From the human T2T-CHM13v2.0 reference genome, Homo sapiens: a DNA stretch of 64,000 bases. Where the stretch lies: assembly GCF_009914755.1 (NCBI RefSeq), contig NC_060932.1. The stretch is one strand, 5' to 3'. Of this stretch, positions 1-14,201 are shown piece by piece; position 1 is the first letter of the stretch, and each line of letters begins with the position of its first letter. The position numbers and the translations under genes are program-made. Under the pieces are notes generated by a model. That model searched no databases. It was not told the origin of the DNA and saw only the letters and a program-made list of their open reading frames with translations.

Positions 1-896
1 TTTTTTCATCACCAAGAACCCGCACACCTGCCTAGTACACTGCAAATGATCAACAAATAGTTGTTTTTTTTAAAAAATGAATAGATACATGAATGAACGA
101 ATGAATGAATGAATGATTTAATATAGAAGAGTATTATCTTCAGAATCCTAGAAGAGATATTTTACATTTATTAAGAGTTATGAAGCCCTTAATACATGGT
201 ATCTTAACTGTTTCTTTATTTTTATGTAAAAAAATATATATAAATGAAGATGAAGAAGATACTTGGTCCCCAAGGAGTTCACAGGCTACTAGGGGGGCCG
301 GACATGTAATTTGTCAATTCCAAATTCTGTGTTCTCATACATCCTCACCTGTGGGGTAAGCATTATGATTTGCATTTGACAAGGAAACATTAAGATGCTC
401 AGAAACATTAAGTTTTTTTGCTCAAACCACAGAGCTAGTGAGTGCCAGACCTAGAAGCCAGGTCTCCTGAATCCTGGGACAAAAGGTGTTCCACCAGCTG
501 TCCTCCTGCCTTCTGGACTTGGCCTGCTTTTCAATTCTTGCATTTGAAAGCAGACAGGTCCAGAATTCTGGGAAAACACACTATTCACCAGGAGTGACTC
601 TGGCAGGACCAGGAGGTGGTCTTGCTTCAGGAGTCTGACACCCTTCTCCCTGTTCCAAGCTAGGTACTAACTCATTCTGAGAGGGAAGCTTGGGCGACAG
701 CTGTGAATGCCCATTCTCACCCCCACTGAGCTGGTTTTCACATCTTTCCTGGGTCAAGGGATTTTAGAGGGCTTGTGCTGAAGAGGTTTCCTTTGAATGT
801 CAGCAACCATCTGAGGGGAGAATGTTGGCCATTAGCCAATGACTCCAGGTCTACTCTACTTGGTTATGTCAACACTCCAAAGAGAAGATAAGTTCT

Positions 897-1290
<394 letters not shown>

Positions 1291-1779
1291 TTATTTGGGG
1301 CAAGTTACTCAAATTCTTTGAACCTTACCTTCCTAATCTGAAAAATAAATTCTTATGATACTTGTGAAGATTGAATTTGATGAATCATATACCACCTTGT
1401 ATCATGTGATAGCTCTCACCATCATCCTCTGGTTTTTTAACCTTCATTTTCCTTCTCTATTTCTTACTCCATCTTTCTCTTGGTCCTTATCTCATTCTGT
1501 TATTTTTTGGACATTTCTCATATTGTGAAGGTCCTTTAGGTTCAGATCATCTCCTCTGGAGAGTAACTTCCCACCTCCCTGTGGTCAGCATGCAGGAGAG
1601 TCCAAAATAAAGCACAATTAGAATTTCCTGGAAGAGTTGAGAACAGGGAATTTTTAACTCATTCTTGACAATAGAGTGGAAGGTTTCTGGTTTGAGGAAC
1701 ATGCAAGGGCTCTCTGAGCATAGTGTTGGGGTGCCCCATTTACGTAGTGGATCTTGAGAGAGGAGTTGGGCCATGGAGC

Positions 1780-2560
1780 TGGGCAGAGGAAGATGAGACT
1801 CACAAAGTTTCACAGGGCCATCATGGAAGCTCTAGCTAGCACCCGGAACGCCCTCCCATGGCTATGGAAGGAGTTTAAGCACAAGAGTGAAATATCACAT
1901 CTGTGTTTGATGAAGATGAATCCCATGCTGGCCATGGGAAGGATGGATAGGAGACAAGAGAAGCTAGAGACAAAGACACCAATTAGGAGGTTTTTAAAGT
2001 GAACGCTCACAACCATGGCAAGGCAGAGAGCCCAGACTAAGGCAAAAGACAATGAGGATAGAGATATGGCAATGGATCAAGAGTCACACCTAAAACACCA
2101 ACACCACACACGGGACTTGGCAATTGATTTATGCAGGAGGCAATAGAAAGAGCATAAAAATGCTCCTGAGGTTTCCAGCTCGGGAGGTGAGGTTTCCAGT
2201 GTCCCTGTTAAGAGAGATTTGGAATGCCAGAGACACACCCACAACAGGAAGAAACAATGAATTTAGTTGGTGACATGTAGTGTTTGAGTTATTTATGGGA
2301 CATCCAGGTGATGTCCAAAAGGTGTGCAGCAAGTGGATCTGGAGTGGAACCGAGACATCTGGATTGGAGATATAGTTTGGGGGCCATTTGGCATGAAGGT
2401 AATAAGATAATATATGAGTGAATAAGAACACCATCAGGATAGAGTCCCTACTTTAAAAAATAAAAGTAAAAAAGCTGAAACACTGGCATTTAGAGAAAGA
2501 CAAGCCAGCCAAGGAAAGCAGGAAGGAATGGACAGAGAGAGGGGAGAAGAAGTAGGAAAG
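1780..2560 (-). mobile_element. L2 LINE fragment
   Basis: GGAGTTTAAGCA...GGACATCCAGGTG...GGATCTGGAG...GGCATGAAGGTA antisense L2 pattern. Confidence 0.65.
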
Positions 2561-2911
2561 ACTGAGAGGGCCGGGTGAGGGTAAAAGGAGGAGAGAAAGC
2601 AGCCATATGGCAGTTATGCAAATTCATATGTTGAAATTCATAGAACTGTACACCAAAATAAGTCAAATTTTTGTACAATAGTTTTAAAAAATAAAATTAA
2701 TAAAATACCAAAAGAAGTTCTTTATGAACCTACTTACCAGTGGAGGAAACCACTGTCAATACTTTGGCAGATTTCCTTCTAGTCTTTTCTATTATACACT
2801 TTTTGAAATGAAATTATATGTGCTATTAACAAGTACAAATGTCACCTTTCTCAATTTATATTAAATTGTTCTAAAATTCCATGTGTTAAATAAATAAAGT
2901 GGTACAAATAC

Positions 2912-3055
2912 GGGAAAGGAAGGAAGGAAGGAAGGAACGAAGGAAGGAAGGAAGGAAAGAAGGATTGGAGGGAGGTGGGAGAGAGGGAGGGAGGGAAGGA
3001 AGGAGGAAGGGAGGGAAGGAGGGAGGGAGGGAGGGAGGGAAGGAAGGAGAAAAGG
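2912..3055. repeat. (GGAA)n/(GGGA)n polypurine tract
   Basis: Direct reading. Confidence 0.93.
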
Positions 3056-5009
3056 ATCATAGATATTGCTGAACCCAGCAGAAGGGAAAGGTATGAGAAG
3101 AGGATATGGTTTCTTTCAAATTCATTTTAAATCTTACCTAAAGCTTGGACATATACATCCATTTAGAAAGCTCTTGCCCCATTTTTCAAAGAAGGAACAA
3201 GAAAAAACTTACTTTTTTTTTTGGAAAGGGAGGTGTGGCACTTCAAGTCACTGTCTAAAACTCTCTTACATGTAGTAACATCTCCATCTGCAGGACATGA
3301 ACGATATCACCGTAGAACTTAAGGAGGTTGTTCAACTTGGCAAACGTACAACCCCAATAAACATGGAGGTTTGAGGAGCCTCTCAGTCCAGAACCATGTA
3401 GCAACATAACCCAGCAGTACCTTCACCCTGTCCCCTCCCCTGTTAAATACTCCACTATCCCTGTAGCTATAAAGACTTAAATATTAAACATACTACCAGG
3501 GAATATTGTGTTCTGAACCCCATTGAAAGCAAGGGGGACTGGATGTGATTTAAGCCATCTTATGGCAAAAGGGCAAGTTGGTATATAACAAGTGTTGGTA
3601 GAAAATGAAGGACTCCCAAGTTCCAGGCCCAGCCCTGCCGCTAGAATGGTGAGGCCCAGAGATCCTCCTAATGAGATCGTGGGCTTTGCCAGCATTTAGA
3701 TGACGATGTGGGGTTTACAGCATGGCAGTGCTCCCCCACGTAGCCTTCATAGTAATTATGTTGATTTGTTTTTCACATCCAACTCCCTGTCTCATCTCCC
3801 AGTTTGTTAATAACAAAGTAATAAAAGAGGTGTGATTAATTAGCATCTTCAAAGTTTGCATCTTCCCAGAGAGTGTCTGCTCAATAAAGAAGGCATGGCC
3901 AGGCAAAGCTCATTAGGGAAGAGGAGGGGACCTCTCAGACCTCACTGGAAGAAGCTGCTTGGAGTGACCCCATTTTCCCTTACCCCCTCCTGTGACCCCA
4001 CATATGTGACCACAAACCTGCTTACACAGAGATGAAGCCCCATAGCATTTCCACTTTTGGGTCTTTGACTGCGGCTCTCTCATCACATGAATCACCCACT
4101 GACATTCTCTCTCATCATATGAATCACCCACTGACAGCCCCAGGAACAGATGAGGCTGTGAGATTCTCAAAGAGAAAAATGAGCTTAGAGCCCCAAACTC
4201 CTGGGGTTGGTCCCATGTAAGCACGACACTAACATGGTTCTTGGGCCCAAACTGCAGCAAAGTAAACAGATGTGGGCTTAACAGCCTCCAGGAATGGAGG
4301 AGGCAAGGGGAGAAGGGATAAGCAGTTGTCAAAGGCAAGGATGAGAGACAGAAGAGAGACAAGGGACACTTGCTACCCACTGATTTAAAGGGCCAGGTCC
4401 CAAACCCTAAGCACCCATCATGAGTCATGATCATAATCTCACACTATCCTTAGAAATGGACAGTAGCACCTGAACCACCATTGATGAAAGCCCAGAAAAG
4501 CTGGATCCTTTAAATAATCAGCTCTTTGGGGTAAGGAATGGAGGTTGCCATGTATTTTTAATGGATAGAGTATACAACTGTTGAGTGCCTACTGTGTACT
4601 CTTGCTGCCAACACTTGAAATGAATATTTTTATCTTATATCTTATACCTACATGAAGGGAGAACTTCACACTAGATGCTCTATTCACCAAAATACTCCAT
4701 AGAAATTTTTAGTAAAAGAGAAAAAGTTTAATTTCCTGCTTACTAGAGAGGTAAGCAAAATGCCAGTTCGTTTAATTCTTGGGATCGATCATCTTTCTAA
4801 CATACCTAATTCCTTTTCTCTCAATAAATTACTACACTCAGATAAACTAACAAGTTGTTGATTTTTGATGTTCTATGCTTTCATTAATATAGTGTGTTTA
4901 TTTAGTTCCTAGAAGTGCTTGGACACTATATAGACATACACAGCAAGTACAATGGTCAGTAAAACATTCCAGCTCTGTCCTTCTGGAGCTCAGAGCCATG
5001 GAAGGTGGC

Positions 5010-5252
5010 TTCATGGTGAAGGCCACAGGCTCTGGGACCAGACAGCCAGGGTTCCCATCTGCTACTTCCTAAGTGGGTGATCTAGGGCATGATGCTTAAT
5101 CTCTCTATGCCATATTTTTCTTAAGTGGAAAATGCACATAATAACAGTACTGAGCTCATGCAGTATGGTATGTATTAACTGTGGTTGTGGTAAAGAGCCT
5201 AAAACTGTGCCAGATACATGGTGAGCATTTAATAAGTGTAAATGATTATCAT
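5010..5252 (+). mobile_element. MIR
   Basis: GGCTCTGGGACCAGACAGCCAGGGTTC...GTGATCTAGGGCA...TGTGCCAGATACATGGTGAGC. Confidence 0.7.
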
Positions 5253-5372
5253 CAGGTAGCAAGCTCTGAGGGTCGTTCCAAATTAATAACTGTACTGAAC
5301 AGTGCAGAATATCCAGTTTAAAAGGGGAGGAGATTACCCTGGAGAGTGCACTGACTCAAAATTCTCCTTGCA

Positions 5373-5821
5373 TGTTGGGGTAGGCTGAACAATGCCCCTC
5401 CAAAAGATGGTCATGTCTTAATCCTTGGAATCTGTGAATGTCACTTTATATATAGACAAAAAAACTTTGCAGATATGGTTAAGGATCATGAGGAGACTGT
5501 CCTGAGTTAGCCAGGTGGATCTAATATAACCACAAGGGCCGTTATAAGAGGCAAACAGATCAGAGTCAGAAATAGAAGAAGGGATGTGACAGTGGAAGCA
5601 GAGGGAGAAAAGGTCATGTGATGTGGGGCTATGAGCCAAGGGATGTGGGTGGCCTCTAGAAGCTGGAAAAGGCAAGGAAGCCTACAGATGGAATTCAGCC
5701 CTATAGATACCTTGATTTTAGCCCCTCAAGATTCATTTCAAACTTCTGATCTCCAGAACTATAAGAGAAGACATTCATGTTGTTATAAGCCACAAAGTTT
5801 GCGGCAGCAAATACAAATGCA
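5373..5821 (+). mobile_element. MLT1C/D solo LTR
   Basis: GTAGGCTGAACAATG...CTCTAGAAGCTGGAAAAGGCAAGGAA...CTCCAGAACT MaLR hallmarks. Confidence 0.8.
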
Positions 5822-6434
5822 AAGGTGAATAAGAAAGTAATCTTATTTCCTTTTACTATATCTCTTTCGAAAGGCAGCATGATAGAGTTGAAAGAGCACG
5901 GGGCCTGGTGTTTGAAATCTGTTTCTACAAATTACTTTGTGTCTTTAGATAAGTTACTTAACCTCTCTGAGCCTCATTGCTCCATCTTGAAAAGGAAGAT
6001 AAACATACTCATTTCAAGTGATGGCTGCAAAAGTAGGCCCTCAATAGTCGTATCACTCTTACCATTAAAAATATTTGGCTCTCTCCACTCCTTCCCCCAA
6101 AGAGCTGACTATTTAAGAATCCAGCTTTTCTGAGCTTTGTTTAATGGTGGTCACAGGCCACTGTCCATTTATAAGGATTTGACTTCTCATTGTTATTTGA
6201 GTTTGGGACTGAAAGTTTAGATCTATATTATCATTTGCCAGAGATAATATTTTAATTTGTTACTATGTCCTGCTGATACCTTAGCTCTACCCAACCTCGC
6301 TTCCCACCCCCTACTCATGAGAATCAAAGACCCCCTGGATGACCACCTGTTCTCTGTTTTAAGCCACCTTGTCATCAGCACACCAGTTCACCATCTCCTC
6401 ACTGGTAAATTAGAGAAATATGTTCAGAATCTTT

Positions 6435-6738
<304 letters not shown>

Positions 6739-8309
6739 TAACCTGCCCTTGGAGATATTATGATGATGACCAGTGTGATGGCTACTGGGCACTGCACTAG
6801 AGCCTGTGTAAGAGGATGGAGTCTTTTTATCCCTCCCATTCTTTTCCTGGGAGGGTGTTTCCAGGCTTAATATAATAACATGCTAGAATTGAGTAACAGG
6901 AGGTAATCAATATTAGAAAAAAAAAAACATAAAATTTCTTGTGTAGATGTTCCACTCTTAGTCAAGGGAAAGTCTTCTCCTACAATGCCCCTACCCCTTC
7001 TCCCTCTTTGCCCCCGACTCTAGCTGCAAAATGGCCTTACATGAGCTAAGGCTCTCATCCTAGCCTAAATGTCAAGGAAGAACGAGATGGAACCAGTGGA
7101 CCCAGAGGATGAACTCTTAGTGGGGAGTGGGCAGAGGCAGAGAGGTGCGTCATGGGGCTGCTGGGGGAGAAAGAATAAAAGAGATAGCTCATGGCAGAGG
7201 GCCTCAGGGATGTCCATACCTGCGTGAGAAGGAGAGCTCCCTCTCACCCTTCCTCTAAACTCTGTCTCCGTGCATGGTCATGAAATAGTATGGTTTTCAT
7301 CCTGGTAATGAAGTGCACTTTTCCATCTTTGCAAAGGTTACCGGCAAAGCAAAGACACTGCCAGCATGCACATCATTTCATTTAATCCTCACAAGAACCT
7401 GTGGAGAGGGTTATGTCATTCTCATAACGTAGTTGAGGATTGATATCCAAGGACCACTGTGTCCAAGATAACCAGCTAGTCAGAGCCAGGATCCACACCA
7501 GCTCAGCCCAGCTCCAAAGCTCATGCTCTTTCCAGGCCTGGCCCCACCACTGCTGCTGAACCTTGCAGCCCTTCCCATACCACCCCGCCCCCACCCAAAA
7601 ACATGGCCTCCAGAGCTGAAAGCATTTCCAGGGCCTCTTCCAACAAGGCCCGAGAAACCCTGGGTGGTCTAGAAACCTTGAAGTGAACATTGAGTTTTAT
7701 CCTGGAACAAATGAAGAGCTGGAAGTAAAAGGTCCTTCACAAACTGGAAACAGCTGGGCCCAGCTGAGGAGTAAGATCAAAATCACCTCTCCACGCTGCA
7801 CCATGCTTCAGGAAGAGGCGTATCCATCACAGTGTCTTGGAAGTAGGCCAGGGGTGTCTGCTGAGAAAGGGTGCCGCTGGTCTGAACAAGTGTGGGGAAG
7901 GGGGGACTCAAGGATCCTGGGCAGCTGCTCAGGGGAAGCTATGTTTAACAGCAAGGACTGCAGAAATGCCCCTGGAGCTCTGTGGACAGCTGGAAACAAG
8001 GCCAATTTGCAAACATCCAGGGTCATCCCTGCACACACATGGAGATAGAAGGCAAGGAAAGAAATGGCTGTTCCTGGAGCACCTACAATGTGTTGTAGGC
8101 GCTAAGCCATGTGCTTTCACAGATGCTGTCTGAGATAGTCCCAGAGCTCTTCAGGGTCAAAAGCCCCTTCTTTCCCAGCCTCCACCAAGACTGAAGCACC
8201 CTCCACGACAGCCTGTTCTTGAGCCAAAGTTCAGTTCTGTCCTGTACTTTTTCTTTAAACTGAGCTGGACCACACCACCCAGAAGAGGCTATTTTGTCCT
8301 GAACCTCCT

Positions 8310-8820
8310 AGGTTCATATTTATGATCTTTAGTACACATAGGAATCCCGCTTTCCTAGGTCTAGGCAGGGGGCTGATGATCTTTAGTACACATAGGAATC
8401 TTTAGTACAAATCTTTAGTACACATAGGAATCCCACCTTCCTAGGTCTAGGCAGGGGGCTGATGATCTTTAGTACACATAGGAATCTTTAGTACAAATCT
8501 TTAGTACACATAGGAATCTTTAGTACACATAGGAATCTTTAGTACACATAGGAATCCCGCCTTTCAAATCTTTAGTACACATAGGAATCCCACCTTCCTA
8601 GGTCTAGGCAGGGGGCTGATGATCTTTAGTACACATAGGAATCTTTAGTACAAATCTTTAGTACACATAGGAATCTTTAGTACACATAGGAATCTTTAGT
8701 ACACATAGGAATCCCACCTTCCTAGGTCTAGGCAGGGGGCTGATGATCTGCATGTTTAACAAGTATCCCCAGGTGATGTGTTTAAGTGGGTTGTCCCCAG
8801 AGCACACTTTGAAAGCATTT
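8310..8820. mobile_element. MER5-like (hAT-Charlie) element containing the minisatellite
   Basis: TAGGTCTAGGCAGGGGGCTGATGATCTGCATGTTTAACAAG...CCCAGGTGATG...CACACTTTGAAAGCA resembles the MER5A/B right half. Confidence 0.7.
8325..8745. repeat. Mosaic minisatellite/VNTR: 12x19-bp A, 4x35-bp B, 3x13-bp a, 1x14-bp b
   Basis: A=ATCTTTAGTACACATAGGA, B=ATCCCACCTTCCTAGGTCTAGGCAGGGGGCTGATG, a=ATCTTTAGTACAA, b=ATCCCGCCTTTCAA. Order: A B A a A B A a A A A b A B A a A A A B. Confidence 0.97.
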
Positions 8821-10339
8821 CTTCTTTTCTAGGCCATTGTCTTAAAGCCACTTTTTTGGGACCAACACTAGCATGTGGCCCTACTGCCCTCTGCCCTCAG
8901 AACTCCCTGCTTCTGCCCTGATATCCAGGCCAGCTTCCAGCATCTTCATTTCAATAGCCCCTTGGTACAGCCTCCATGCACAGAAATGTGGGTTTTGTAC
9001 CTCCCAGGTCACCTGACTATATTCCATCAGCCAAGCCATACACACTGACAGGTATGCCTGCAGGAGGACCCTTTATAAATTTGTCTTGCCCCTGTGAATT
9101 TCTCTTCTTGGCCTTCTGGATCCCAGCTCTCCTCTCAACCCTCAGTGCTTTTCCCCTAGCCCACCCCACGCCCTCCTACTCCACCCTTGGCCCCAAAGAA
9201 CTCCATCATCTGAGCTGACTCCTTGTCCCCTAAGACTACATGGCAAGGGAGAGAGTCTTAAGGTCTCCAGAAGTTCTCAGGTGTCATACACAAATGCGGT
9301 CTGGCAGGAAGGAGAAATTGAGCAAGTAAGTGCTTTTCAGAGTTTACAAAGGAAGTAGGCCAAATGGCAGGAGAAAATTCAATGATGATGGAAATCTGAC
9401 ATGGAAGCCAAAATTAGCCTTCTGGAAAAAGGATGCTCCTTTAAGTTTCCAGTCTTAGCTTAAAGTTTTCTATGGATCATGCATCCTACTCCATGCTAGA
9501 GCTGTGTTAGCTTGAATGTGAAATGAATGTCTTAAATAGGTTATGGCTAAAGTGGAAAAATGAAGAAAACCTGTGCCTTTCTCTATGATATGCTTAATTC
9601 TAGAGGTTAGGTTTTCATACTCCGAGACAGAATAAAAAACCTCTAATCCATTTCTCAGAGATGCCTAGGAAGAAGAAGGCGAGGTGAATTTGGTTGTAGA
9701 GAATGGAGGGGCGAGAGCCCAGTGCATGAAATGAGCCAGTGTTTCAAGGGCTCAGTGATGAACTTGGGCTTCGAAGAAAAGGACATGACAGGAAGCCAGG
9801 TGATATGGACAGCACAATCTGCCATCGCTGGTCCTGTTAAGGGAGCACAGATGCAGTAGAAGATCAGAGTGTTGTGTTATTCACTAACAATAATTAGCAC
9901 AGAATAATGTTAGTGCAGAAAAAAATGATACCCCCCCAAAAAGAAAATCATCTTGCTCAGCCCCACATTTTACAGATTGGAAAACTGAGGCCCAAAAAGA
10001 AGGAACCTACCCAAAAACATTGGCCGGGCTGGTCATCTACAGCAAAGATGAGAACAGCTGCCCAGTGAGCCCTGATGCTCCCCAGCCCTGAGCATCTCCC
10101 TTAACAGTATCTGGCTTCTAATTCATCACGAGGCTTCAAGGGCTTCTGTGTTTGGCACAAAAGTGCAGCACTTTGACCTGCAATAAATCACTGCAGCTAA
10201 TGATCTCCTTGCTCCTTGTGACTGTCTGTGGACAGCCTGTTCTCACTCACTCATGCAGTAAGACAGCTGAGGCCACTGCTTGCCTTGAGGGAACCAAGAG
10301 AAAGGGGGCATCAAAAGGAGGAAGCTAGATTTATATTCT

Positions 10340-10458
10340 TTTCCCCTCTCCCTCACCTCCTGTTCCTTCCTTCCTTCCCTCCTTCCTACCTCCTTCTCTC
10401 CTCCCTTCCCTCTGTCCCTTTTTCCTTCTGCCCCTCCCTTCTTCCCTCCTTTTTTCCT
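10340..10458. repeat. (CCTT)-rich polypyrimidine low-complexity tract
   Basis: Direct reading. Confidence 0.8.
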
Positions 10459-11124
10459 GTGTCACACAAATATGACACTATAAACAAACAATTTCTATGT
10501 TAAACCCCGATGCCACAACCTTGATCATTTGGAACAGCCCCCTAATATGCTCACTTCAAGGTTGGAGTCTTATGCAGTGTGGAAGCACTTGGAGGCAAGC
10601 TTGGCCATTATCTCCTGCCACACAGGGGACTGCAAAGATGCCCATGACCTGGTCCCCAGGCCCTCCAACCTGGAGGTTTCTGCTGCTTCGGGGCCAAGCT
10701 TTGGTCACAGGAATCCTTTTTGTCAGGCTGCCTCAGATCCCATCTGAATTGACGACCACCCAGCACCCTTTCCTGTGGCTCTTGCCAGCTCCCTAGTATT
10801 CAGTTCCCTGAATCTTCACTGCTGTGGAACCTACAGATTCCGCTTGATTCCCCCAACCTGAGGGAATCTCATGCTGGCTTTAGGGTCTAAGTCAAGCACT
10901 TTCATTGCTTCTCATAGACATTTTGTCCATTTGTGAGACATGGCTTCTTCTAAGGACTCAGGCCTAAACCATTTACCTCTCTGTGCTTCAGTTTCCTCTT
11001 CTATAAAAATAACTACCTACTCATAAGATTGTTAAAACGATTAAATAACTTAGTAAATGTAACTTATTTAGAACATTGGCTATCATATAGAAAATACCAT
11101 ATAATCAATTACTATTATAATGAA

Positions 11125-11830
11125 TGATGTGTTGCAGCTGCCAAAACAAAAGTAATCATTCTTTAGGCTGCATTAATGGAAATATAATAAGTATAATAGT
11201 GGAGGTGATAGTCCTTGTATAATCGCCACTAATGAGACCACACACAGTATATCTCAATTTCAGAGGAACTATTTTAAGAGAAATTTACATAAACTGAAGA
11301 GTATTCAAAGGAGATGGACCCAAATGGTGTAGAAGAGTAACACCTTCTTATATGAAAGGGGGCTGTATTAGTTCGTTCTCATGCTGCTAATAAAGACATA
11401 CCTGAGACTGGGTAATTTATAAAGGAAAGAGGTTTAATTGACTCACAATTCAGCATGGCTGGGGAGGCCTCAGGAAACTTACAATCATGCCAGAAGGGGA
11501 AGCAAACACGTCCTTCTTCCTTCTTCACATGGCAGCAGCAGGAGAAGTGCCAAGCATCAGATCTCATGAGAATTCACTCACTATCACGAGAACAGCATGA
11601 AGGTAACCACCCCCAGGATTAAATTCCCTCCGACTGGGTACCTCCCATGACACATGGGGATTATGGGAACTATAATTCAAGATGAGATTTGGGTGGGGAC
11701 ACAACCAAACCATATCAAGGGCTGAAGATCAGAGATGGTTAATTGGATGCAGAGAAATGTGGAGTGAAGGGGAGGAGTAGAAGAGAGGGGGCATAGAATT
11801 TGTCTTCAAATATAGGAAGGGCTATTTTGC
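11125..11830 (+). mobile_element. CR1/L3 LINE fragment interrupted by THE1
   Basis: GGCTGCATTAATGGAAAT...AAACTGAAGAGTATTCAAAGGAG...GTCTTCAAATAT resembles the L3 RT 3' region. Confidence 0.6.
11364..11717 (-). mobile_element. THE1 (THE1B/C) solo LTR, ERVL-MaLR
   Basis: TGTATTAGTT...AACCATATCA termini; 5-bp TSD GGGGC / AGGGC. Confidence 0.92.
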
Positions 11831-13253
11831 CATCTTCATCTTTGTGTCCCCAGGTCCTGGTAGGATGCTTGGCACTAAGGTCATGCTTAATAAATTTTAT
11901 TGGTTCTACTTGGTTGAAAAGTCAATCAGGTAATCAATCAATCAATATATTCATATGGATGAACAGTGACCTGATATTGGAAATTATAGGGAAATAATAG
12001 TAATTAACATGAAGAAATTTTAAAAATAAATTTAAAGATAGGAAGAGAATTCCCTTGCCCTTGGAATGATGACTCTTAGTGTCTGTTTAGGAAGGTGATG
12101 CTGCTGGAGGAGGGGCTCAGGTGTAGAGGAATTGAAACTGGTTGATGTGGATGCATTCCAGATTTTCTATTTCTCAGACCAATACAAATTTTCTCCACCA
12201 AAAAAAGTCAGAGGAATTACAGAGGGTTGCCAACTTTTTGCCAACAATGGATATTACCACTAATTCAATTATCATCCACTATTGCAGTCATTCTGCAAAA
12301 ACAAAAATCAAAAAAAGCACATTTTAACAGAAGGGAAGAAAAGGAAAAACATGATCTCAGAAGAAAGGAAATGCTTTAAAGTCATAACCTTGGCTTTCCA
12401 AACATCACTCTCTTTTCCTCACTTTTCTGTAAAGCAGTGAAAATATCGCCGAGCAGCACCAGTTTGAGGGTCTGTATTTGAGAACTACTGAATTCAATGA
12501 CTTTAAAGTCCTTTCCTGGCCCAGATACTTGCCATTTCCAGTCCAAAAATGGAGCCAGGCACTTAGCAGGCATTCAGTGTATATCTGTGGAAGGAATGAT
12601 GGAATCACTTGCAGGCATTTGATTTTAGGCAACATTCCTCATCCTCAAGATGGAAACCCCATGCTACAAGCACAGAAGCAACTCCCCAAAAAGTTCATGG
12701 AGGAAAAATATCAGTTAAAACTCATGAGGACAGAAGAGAGGCTACATTGCTCTGCTCCAGCTGACCTTTGGAAAGCCATATTCTCTCTACCTCCTGTATT
12801 TCCCCCACCATTAATGAACATCCTACTATTTCCATAGTATTCAGCTGTCAATAGGGCACTTGTGTGCATTACACCATTTGTTCATTTATTAAACGTTTAT
12901 GGAGCATTCACTGTGTACCAGGCACTGTGCTAGGTTCTGGAAAATAGAGAATATTTAATAATAAAGTGTTCTCTCTCCTCCAGACATGGTGGTACCCCCA
13001 TTCTGTGCTCCCCAGCCATCATTACCTGTCACTTCCTCTCACGGCACTGTAAGCTTCTCCACAGCAGGGGTTGCATCTATTTAACTCTGGATGCCCAGTG
13101 CCTGGAAGGATGAAGTGATCAGATGGAAAGAACCAAAACAAGCTCTGCCATATTCTCAGCCTGGATAGAAAAAAAAAAAAAAAGCCCAGATAAGTAATGT
13201 GGCTGGTGCTGATCAGGCATCTAAAAAATATTTGATTGGATAAGCCCTGAATG

Positions 13254-14201
13254 CAAGGATGGCTGCACAATCTGCAGGGCCCAATAGGAAATGAAAATAT
13301 AGAGCCTCTTGTTCAAAATGCAGGGAAAACATGCCCTCACAGGAACTAAAATATGAAGATTTTTTTCTTCCTTTCATGGTTTCTTTTTCAGTTAGGCATG
13401 GTGAGGGTTTTGTATTTGTTACTCAATATCATTCTAAGGAAAAAATGTAAGTACCATTAATTTTACTGTTCTTCTTTATATTGTGCCATGCCAGTTTTAA
13501 ATGCAAATATAAGAGCATTTAACTCAAATGCAGAATCACCAAAATTATATAATTCAAAATTGGTAGTCTGTATTTCCTTCTTACCAGAACAATGGAAACA
13601 GCACAAAGCTATTCTTACCAGAACAATGGAAACAGCACAAATGTTTTTATTACATTTCTTGATACACATATATTCTACCAATGCTTTCTACCTTTGGTTT
13701 ACTGATGAGTAAGGAAAGACTTCAAGGAAAGGAAGCTATGGCTCATCTTATCTTCGCTTTTCATCAACCATCATTCTTGGCATAAGTGGTTGACTAATAC
13801 AAGGAAATAGCACAAATAAAAACAGAGATAAGAGGATAGAATTCTTTGGTGGCTCATGCTTCTTTGAATGCCATTGCTTTCTTTTCGCACTCAGAGTAAG
13901 CTCTAGTCCAAATGGCCTGTCTTGTATGCACTTTAAGTCATGCTGATCTCCCAGGCATCGTGAGTCCACCAGAGTTCTGTGCTCCTGGGCATCATGAATG
14001 TCCCAGTGTGAATGGCATGGTGAGGTACTGTGGACACCCATACTGTGCATCTCTCCTCTGTTCAAGTGTGTGCTTCACTGTCCCGTTGGACTCCACTTAC
14101 AAAACGTAAGTTCAAAGATAAAAAGACTAAGAATTTAAGACTGTGGCAGCAGGGCATTAAGCCAAGAATGAGTCATGGACAAGCTCATAAAGCCGGCTCT
14201 G
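13254..14201. mobile_element. MER45B (hAT-Tip100) DNA transposon
   Basis: Ends CAAGGATGGCT.../...AGCCGGCTCTG and GGGCCCAATAGGAAATGAAAAT...TTGTTCAAAA; ~950 bp. Confidence 0.72.

Noticed and set aside
3913-4434. 173-aa minus-strand ORF and other long non-repeat ORFs (7683, 33715, 57456, 58002)
   Set aside because: No recognisable domain, atypical composition and no supporting exon structure. Those at 57-58 kb are antisense to GSDMC exons and introns.
8325-8745. CRISPR-like repeat-spacer array
   Set aside because: The 'spacers' are themselves repeated modules, many repeats abut directly, there are no cas genes, and the context is primate DNA. It is a minisatellite.
9281-9325. Plus-strand 45-nt candidate exon with GTAAGT donor
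   Set aside because: The acceptor lacks a polypyrimidine tract and has a nearby upstream AG; there is no partner exon evidence.
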